NCBI GenBank assembly: GCA_050249295.1
Contig: JBFWQT010000001.1
Coordinates: 623-64,622 of the forward strand
Length of the DNA stretch: 64,000 bases
Reading direction: 5' to 3'
From: Planctomycetota bacterium
Lineage (GTDB): Bacteria > Planctomycetota > UBA8742 > SKZP01
Shown here piece after piece: positions 58,465-64,000 of this stretch. Under the pieces are notes generated by a model, which was not told where the DNA came from, ran no database searches, and worked only from the letters and a program-made list of their open reading frames with translations. The translations under genes and the position numbers were made by a program. The first letter of the stretch is position 1; each line of letters begins with the position of its first letter.

Positions 58465-59964
58465 ATGAAGTTCTGCACGGACATCCTCGCCATCGAATCC
58501 AGCGGCGTACTGTCGCTGGGCTTGCTGGCAATGGCTGTGCTCTCGTTCTTCCTCGCGCTGGCCGGCCTTGGCGGCATGTGGCGATTCCGGCCCACCCGCT
58601 TGCCGGTGGCCTCGCGACGGGCCGGCCTGCGCGCGTGGTTCATGCTGCTGCTGATCGTGCTGGTCAACCTGGCTGGCCTGCCCGCGCTCGCGCTGTATGC
58701 GCACAACGCCGCGCAAAGCCCGCAGGGCAGCGAGCTGGTCCAGGTCGGCGTGCTCGGCGCGATCCTCGTGATCATCCTGATCACCAACTTCCTCGGCGCC
58801 GCCACACAACGCCGACTCGGCCAGTTGCGCGTGGCCGGCACCGAACACGACCCGCAGTTCGCGCGCAAGCTGGCGCGCGCGCCGCGCGTCACCGTGTTCC
58901 TGCGCGAGAACCTGATCCCCGGCGCCGCGCTGCTCGCGATCGCCATCCTCATCTGGTACCTGATCGACAAGCAGCTCTCCGACGCCGTGACGCTGCCCGT
59001 CGAGATCCGCATCGACCGCGTCGCGCGCGGCATCACCGAGGACTGGCGCTGGATCATCGAGGACCAGCCCACCACCATGCAGGTGCGCTTCGTCGGCCCG
59101 AAAGACCAGATCGCCGCGCTGCGCAACGCCAAGAGCGTGGTCGGCGTGCTCCAGTACACGCTCGAAACGGTCGAGGCCGCGACGATCCCGGTGAGCCGGC
59201 CGTTCAGCGAGTTGCGTTTCGTGGTCGACGAGAAGCCGCTCGGCGAGAGCGTCTCGACGGCCTCGCTGTCCGGCGGCGACGTGAACTTCAAGCTGATCCG
59301 CAACCGCGACGCACAGCAGATGCGCATCAGCGTCGAGTGGGTGCTCGAGGCGATGATCGAGCGGCCCGACAACCGCACGCCGAGCGTGCTGTTCACACTG
59401 CCGCCCGAGGTCTTCCTCGTGTACCCGGTGCAGCGCGATCCGATTGTACGGCTGTGGTTCAAGGAGTATCCGCTCTCGCACCTCAGCTCGCGCATGGACG
59501 AGGAGACCGAGATCCCGCTCGAGATCCGCTTCGATGATCCGCAGCTGGGGGTCTTCTCCGACCGCGAGCTGACGCAGCCGCTGAAGGTGGTGCGCGCGCG
59601 AATCCGCTTCCGTGACACGCCCCGGCCCGTGCGCGTGCACATTGACAACGTGCCGGTCACGGTGCGGCTGCCCTCGCGGCTGGCCGAGCGCGGCATCAAG
59701 GTGGAACTGCCCGAGAAGGTCAAGCCGGTGGACATCGACGCGCCGCGCAGCATGGCGGAGTCGCTGACCGAGGCGGACCTGGAGCTGGTGCTGGTGATCA
59801 ACGAATCGGCGATTGACTGGCGCAAGCTGGAAGAGGCCGGCGTGCTGGCGGTGCCCGATTGCCGCTACCAGCTCGGCGGCCGGGGCCTGCGCGAACTGCC
59901 GGCCGGCGTCACGCTTGTGGACCCGCGACCCGACACCTCTGTTGCCGTGACACTCAGGCGCTGA
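58465..59964 (+). CDS. Membrane protein, hypothetical (4 N-terminal TM helices + repeated beta-rich periplasmic domains, YbbR-like?)
   Basis: MKFCTDILAIESSGVLSLGLLAMAVLSFFLALAGLGG..., stop 9 nt before scpB start; antisense ORFs 58420..60471(-) Arg-rich and rejected. Confidence 0.65.
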   Translation: MKFCTDILAIESSGVLSLGLLAMAVLSFFLALAGLGGMWRFRPTRLPVASRRAGLRAWFMLLLIVLVNLAGLPALALYAHNAAQSPQGSELVQVGVLGAILVIILITNFLGAATQRRLGQLRVAGTEHDPQFARKLARAPRVTVFLRENLIPGAALLAIAILIWYLIDKQLSDAVTLPVEIRIDRVARGITEDWRWIIEDQPTTMQVRFVGPKDQIAALRNAKSVVGVLQYTLETVEAATIPVSRPFSELRFVVDEKPLGESVSTASLSGGDVNFKLIRNRDAQQMRISVEWVLEAMIERPDNRTPSVLFTLPPEVFLVYPVQRDPIVRLWFKEYPLSHLSSRMDEETEIPLEIRFDDPQLGVFSDRELTQPLKVVRARIRFRDTPRPVRVHIDNVPVTVRLPSRLAERGIKVELPEKVKPVDIDAPRSMAESLTEADLELVLVINESAIDWRKLEEAGVLAVPDCRYQLGGRGLRELPAGVTLVDPRPDTSVAVTLRR

Positions 59965-59972
59965 CCGGACCG

Positions 59973-61151
59973 ATGATGCCGCCACCCGACGAGACCCTGC
60001 CGCCAACGCCACCCGGTACGACTCCTCCTGCGCCGCCTGCACGCGATGCCGCCGACGACCGTCCGTCCGGCCGCGAGGTGCAGCCCACGCCCGAGGATGC
60101 GCCGAGCCAGCGGCACCGCGGCCTCGATTCCGACGACGACGTCGATCCGGACGTGTACGAGGATGACGACGACGAGGTCGAATCGGACGACGAAGGCGGG
60201 CCGGTCGGCGACGGCATGACATCTGAGGGTGGCGAGGGCGCCGAGGGCGCGGAGGGTGCCGTCCGGAATCCGACCACCGCGCTGCTGAACGCGCTGGCCG
60301 AGGGGTTCGGCCTGCTCGAGCATGCGCAGGAGGTCGATGCCCAGCCGGAGATCGGCCCCGATGGCCGCCCCGTGCTGCGCGCCATTGCACGCAACGAGGA
60401 CGACGGCGAAGCCGGCCCTGACGACACGCCGGCCGTGCTGCCCGAAGAGGTCGCACCGATTCTCGAGGCAATGCTGTTCACGTCGGCGTCGCCGCTCTCG
60501 CCCGATCGTCTGCGCGATCTGATGGGCCTCGACAGCATCATTCCGATCCGTCGCGCGGCCGACCGCCTGCGCGCGGAGTACGACAGTCGTGGCCGGTCGT
60601 TCGAACTGGTCGAGCTGGCCGGCGGCTACATCCTGCAGACGCGCCCCGAGTTCGAGACGTTCGTCACGAAGCTGCGGCGCGCCCGGCAGGAGCAGCACAT
60701 GACGCACGCCGCGCTCGTGACGCTGGCGATCATTGCGTACAAGCAGCCGATCACGCGCACCGAGATTGACTCGATCCGCGGCGCCGGCAGCTCGCACCAC
60801 CTGCGCAACCTGATGGAGCGCGACCTGGTGCGCGTCGTCGGCCGCAAGCATGCGCCCGGCTACCCAAGCCTCTACGGCACGACTTCGCGCTTCCTCCGCC
60901 AGTTCGGCCTGCGCTCGTTGCGTGACCTGCCGCAGGAGGCCGACTTCGCCGAGACCGATGTGGAGGCGATCCGCGCGGCGTCGCGCGAGGATCTGAACGA
61001 CGGCGACGACGGCGGCGACGCCGGCGATGTCGATCCCGGCGCTGGCGACGATGTCATCGGCGATGGCGATGGCCTGCATGACGACGGCGGCCTTCTTGAT
61101 GATGACGGCGGCGGTGACGACGACGGCGACGCCAGCGACAGCGAAGGCTGA
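59973..61151 (+). CDS. scpB: Segregation and condensation protein B (ScpB) with long acidic N- and C-terminal extensions
   Basis: Core PILEAMLFTSASPLSPDRLRDLMG...FELVELAGGYILQTRPEFETFV...ALVTLAIIAYKQPITRTEIDSIRGAGSSHHLRNLMERDLVRVVGRKHAPGYPSLYGTTSRFLRQFGL is classic ScpB tandem winged helix; ATG 59973. Confidence 0.8.
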   Translation: MMPPPDETLPPTPPGTTPPAPPARDAADDRPSGREVQPTPEDAPSQRHRGLDSDDDVDPDVYEDDDDEVESDDEGGPVGDGMTSEGGEGAEGAEGAVRNPTTALLNALAEGFGLLEHAQEVDAQPEIGPDGRPVLRAIARNEDDGEAGPDDTPAVLPEEVAPILEAMLFTSASPLSPDRLRDLMGLDSIIPIRRAADRLRAEYDSRGRSFELVELAGGYILQTRPEFETFVTKLRRARQEQHMTHAALVTLAIIAYKQPITRTEIDSIRGAGSSHHLRNLMERDLVRVVGRKHAPGYPSLYGTTSRFLRQFGLRSLRDLPQEADFAETDVEAIRAASREDLNDGDDGGDAGDVDPGAGDDVIGDGDGLHDDGGLLDDDGGGDDDGDASDSEG

Positions 61152-61160
61152 TCAAGATTC

Positions 61161-61625
61161 GGCAGGAGCCGCGACCGCTAGGGAGCTGAAGAGTCATCTC
61201 AGAACACCGGCGAGCCGGGGACGTCAGTCCCCGGAGGGGTAACCCATGGTCACGCGCTGGACGTGCGCGGGGACTGCTTGCCGCCGAGTACGACGCAAGA
61301 AGAGATTCACCACAGAGAACACAGAGACCACAGAGAAGAGGCTGAGAAGTGGGACGCGCCTCTCCTCTTCTCTGTGTTCGCTGTGTTGAACCTTCTTCGG
61401 TCCAGCGCGCCCGAACAAGTGCCGCGACCGCAGGGGAGCGGGCCCGAGGGCCTTTCGACTGCAAGTCCGCCACTCGCTGAATGCATGGTCGACGGGTTGA
61501 TCGCAGGCACGAGGCCCCCGCGGCCCGCTCCCTTGCGGTCGCGGCTCTTGTTGAAGAAGTGGCGAGGTGAGACGCGCCTCTGATTCCACTTCTCTGTGTT
61601 CTCTGTGTTCTCTGTGTTGAACCTC
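61161..61625. repeat. Composite repeat island: family A copy (61161), family B hairpin (61291-61395), family A long hairpin (61415-61551), family B half-site (61571-61625)
   Basis: ggcaggagccgcgaccgctagggagc; ccacagagaacacagagaccacagagaa...gacgcgcctctcc...ttctctgtgttcgctgtgttg; gaacaagtgccgcgaccgcaggggagcgggccc...(70 nt)...gggcccgctcccttgcggtcgcggctcttgttg; gagacgcgcctctgattccacttctctgtgttctctgtgttctctgtgttg. Confidence 0.85.
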
Positions 61626-61716
61626 TTCCTGCTACGAGCCGGAGACATCAGTCCGCGCGAGGGGCAACCCATCTGCTTCTTGATCGCCGCTCGATCGCGG
61701 TCGGACGATCACGCGC

Positions 61717-62757
61717 TCACAACTCACCCAGCGCCTTCAGCGCCTCATCCTCCGCCGCGTAGTCGGCGACGCCCGGCGGCAACGGGTCGGGCACGTTGGC
61801 CAGCTCCCACTCGACCGTGCGCGCCACACCCTCCGCAAACGGCACCGGCGCAACGAACCCCAGCTCACGGCCGATCCGCGCCGCACTCACCACCAGAGGG
61901 TGCGGGTCGGCAATCTCGAAGCGCAACGCCTCCGGCAACCGCTCGCCCGGCGCGGTCACAATCCGCCCGCTCCAGCCGGTGGCGGCGCGCGCGTGGTCGG
62001 CCAGTTCGCGCATCGAGCACGCCACGTCGCACACGTTGTAGGTGCGGCCGATCGCGCGATCGTCGGTGGCCGCGAGCGCCATTGCCGCGGCGACGTTCTC
62101 GACGAACCCGTACGTGGATTGCCATGCCGCGTACTCGTCGGACCACACGATCGCCTCGCGCCCGTCGGCCATCGGCTTCGCCAGGCCCAGCAGACGCCGC
62201 TGCCAGTCGTGCGGCCCGATCACCATCGGCAGACGCAGCACCGTGCCCGGCATCCGCTCCGACCCCAGCGCGGCCCGTTCGGCCGGAATCTTGTCGTAGT
62301 GATGCATGCGGTGCGACGGGTCGGGGAACTTGTCGCGATACGGGTAGAGCACCTCGCGCAACTCGCCGTCCTCGTCGATCGGCAGCGGCAGGCGCGGACC
62401 CGGCTCGGTGCCGTGCAGCCGGCCGAACACGCGGTACACGTCCATGCTGCTGGTCATGATCAGCCGGCGCGCGATGCCATCGAACAGCTCGTGCGTGGCG
62501 ATCACGTCCGGCTCGCCGAGCACAATGTTGTGCAGCACCGTGTCCGGCGCGAAGCTGCGCAGGGCGTCGCGCAGCGCCGGCGTGAGGGCCGCGCGCGCAT
62601 CGCCATGAATATGCTCGACGCTGGCCGGCAACTCGCCGGGCGTCTCGCCGCGATGGAACACCGCCACGGTGTGCCGGGCCGCATGCAGATGGCGGACCAC
62701 GGCCGCGCCGATGAAGCGCGTGCCGCCGATGACAAGAATGCGCCGGGAAGTCGTCAT
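61717..62757 (-). CDS. NAD-dependent epimerase/dehydratase (extended SDR family)
   Basis: ATG at 62757: MTTSRRILVIGGTRFIGAAVVRHL (GxxGxxG Rossmann), YxxxK-type active-site region; Arg-rich N-terminal extension in ORF track rejected. Confidence 0.8.
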   Translation of the reverse strand: MTTSRRILVIGGTRFIGAAVVRHLHAARHTVAVFHRGETPGELPASVEHIHGDARAALTPALRDALRSFAPDTVLHNIVLGEPDVIATHELFDGIARRLIMTSSMDVYRVFGRLHGTEPGPRLPLPIDEDGELREVLYPYRDKFPDPSHRMHHYDKIPAERAALGSERMPGTVLRLPMVIGPHDWQRRLLGLAKPMADGREAIVWSDEYAAWQSTYGFVENVAAAMALAATDDRAIGRTYNVCDVACSMRELADHARAATGWSGRIVTAPGERLPEALRFEIADPHPLVVSAARIGRELGFVAPVPFAEGVARTVEWELANVPDPLPPGVADYAAEDEALKALGEL

Positions 62758-62862
62758 GTCGCGTGGCCTCCGTCCGGTTCGCCGTTGCGGTTCGCGCGGG
62801 ATGATCAATACCACCGCCGGGCGCCGCGCGCGTCGTTCGGCCGTCGGCCGCGAGCGCATCGC

Positions 62863-64000
62863 TCAGTCGTCGTCGGTGGCCAGCCGGATCGACAGCGTGA
62901 CCTCGTGATGCGACGTGTGCCCCGGCAGCTGGCTCTCCTCCACATCGATCGTCCGCGACTCCGTTGCCGAGAGCATCAGCCCACTGTCGAGGTCGACCCA
63001 GAACTCGCCGCGACCCTCGCCGAGCTGCCACGGATCCGGACGCGCCGCGTCGTGCCCGGCGCCGTCGATGAACTCGTCGACGATCGACTCGGCCCACGTG
63101 ATGCAGGCGGCCCGCCGATCGCCGCGGTACGCGATGCGCGTGAGCTGCATCGTCGCGCGGTGCACGCGCTCCACGCCGCGCCACACCTCCGTCCGGCTCT
63201 CCGCGACCCAGCTGTCGCCGCGCTTCACGGCGTCCTGCGGCAGCCGGTAGAACGCCGGCTCGTGGTAGGCCGGCACCTCGCTGACGCGCACGGGCGCGCC
63301 GCGATTGACGTAGTGGCTGATCGCGCCGGTCGCGGGATCGAGTTCGTAGCTGTAGTCCAGATCGGTCGCCAGCCGGTACGACAAGGCCAGCGCGCCCGGC
63401 GGCCCCGCGTATGCCGACCGCCATTGCATGTTGATGCTTCTCCACGTCTGCCGGTCGCACACGCAAAGCTCGACGACCGCATCCAGTGTGCGCACATCGA
63501 TGTGCCGCGTGCCTTGCGGCGTGGTCTGCGCACGCACGCGCACGCGGTAGTCCACAGCGGCCGAACGGTCGTCGCGCAGCAGCGATCGCGGCAGGCGCAC
63601 GCGCGGGTTGTCGGCCGACTGCACGCGGCGGATCGCCTGCGCGAGCCGCGTCATCCCCGGCTTGTAGCGCGCCGTCAGCAGGTCGAGCACCAGCAGCGCG
63701 GGCCCGTACGAGAGCAGCTCCGTCTCGGCGTCCGCGGCTTGCCGTTCGTCGCCCGACTCCAGGCGTTGCACGAGCTGATCGACGGCCTCGCTGATCCACC
63801 CGGCGGGCTCGCGCAGTACGCGCCGGTGTCGCAGCGTCACGTCGTAGTCGAATCGTGCGCCGTTGGCCGGCTGCCAGCGCAGCACACGCGGCTCGTCGGG
63901 GTCGGGCAGCGTGCGGGGCGGCTCAGCGGGTGGCGGTTCGACACGCGGCGTGGGCGGGGCCGGCGGCGTCGGCGCGCGGCGAAGGACGACCGGCGGTGGA
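62863..64000 (-). CDS. Hypothetical protein, probably N-terminally truncated by window end (Pro-rich region continues upstream of listed GTG start at 63885)
   Basis: High GC3 coding signal continues from 63885 to 64000 without stop (…PPAEPPRTLPDPDEPRVLRWQPANG…); body has no recognised motif. Confidence 0.5.
   Translation of the reverse strand, partial: PPPVVLRRAPTPPAPPTPRVEPPPAEPPRTLPDPDEPRVLRWQPANGARFDYDVTLRHRRVLREPAGWISEAVDQLVQRLESGDERQAADAETELLSYGPALLVLDLLTARYKPGMTRLAQAIRRVQSADNPRVRLPRSLLRDDRSAAVDYRVRVRAQTTPQGTRHIDVRTLDAVVELCVCDRQTWRSINMQWRSAYAGPPGALALSYRLATDLDYSYELDPATGAISHYVNRGAPVRVSEVPAYHEPAFYRLPQDAVKRGDSWVAESRTEVWRGVERVHRATMQLTRIAYRGDRRAACITWAESIVDEFIDGAGHDAARPDPWQLGEGRGEFWVDLDSGLMLSATESRTIDVEESQLPGHTSHHEVTLSIRLATDDD

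Noticed and set aside
58420-60471. 683-aa and 466-aa minus-strand ORFs
   Set aside because: Antisense to membrane-protein and scpB genes; Arg/Gly/Ala-rich
61865-63799. 644-aa minus-strand ORF
   Set aside because: Out-of-frame overlap of epimerase and hypothetical genes; Arg/Ala/Gly junk

Overview
This is a 64 kb window of very GC-rich (about 70%) bacterial chromosome. Genes are dense on both strands, and the high GC produces many long spurious antisense ORFs, so I called genes from protein motifs, signal peptides, third-codon-position GC and start/stop coupling rather than ORF length. Gene content (FliA, an MCP, a sigma-54 activator, Ser/Thr-kinase-like proteins, FHA, vWA/VIT giants, secreted prenyltransferase-like repeats) suggests a Planctomycetota- or Myxococcota-like Gram-negative organism. 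I cannot assign taxonomy from the sequence alone.

Housekeeping genes I recognise: comM/yifB, ftsK, recO, rsmB, scpB, fliA, tRNA-Glu(CUC), a MATE exporter, a Na+/H+ antiporter with an RCK domain, a hybrid histidine kinase, a sigma-54 activator, parvulin PPIase and SRPBCC proteins, and an NAD-dependent epimerase.

Most notable findings:
- A bona fide eukaryote-type actin (not MreB/ParM/FtsA-like) at 40372..41604 carrying a Sec-type signal peptide. It sits next to a 1500-aa pentapeptide-repeat membrane protein with a zinc ribbon.
- A tight minus-strand operon at 11608..19070: giant membrane protein, small secreted protein, lipoprotein, then a dynamin-like GTPase. A catalytically degenerate Ser/Thr kinase lies immediately upstream.
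- Two dispersed intergenic repeat families. One is a GAGCCGCGACCG..AGGGAGCGG palindromic unit with at least 8 copies. The other is CACAGAG-heptamer hairpins around a conserved CGCGCCTCT core. They concentrate in convergent intergenic gaps and form a 560-bp repeat island at 61151..61716.
- A stand-alone sigma-factor region-4 mini-ORF translationally coupled to fliA.
- Two kinase-fold proteins lacking catalytic residues, one fused to an FHA domain.
- Several giant vWA-domain proteins.

No CRISPR, rRNA, transposase or integrase was detected.
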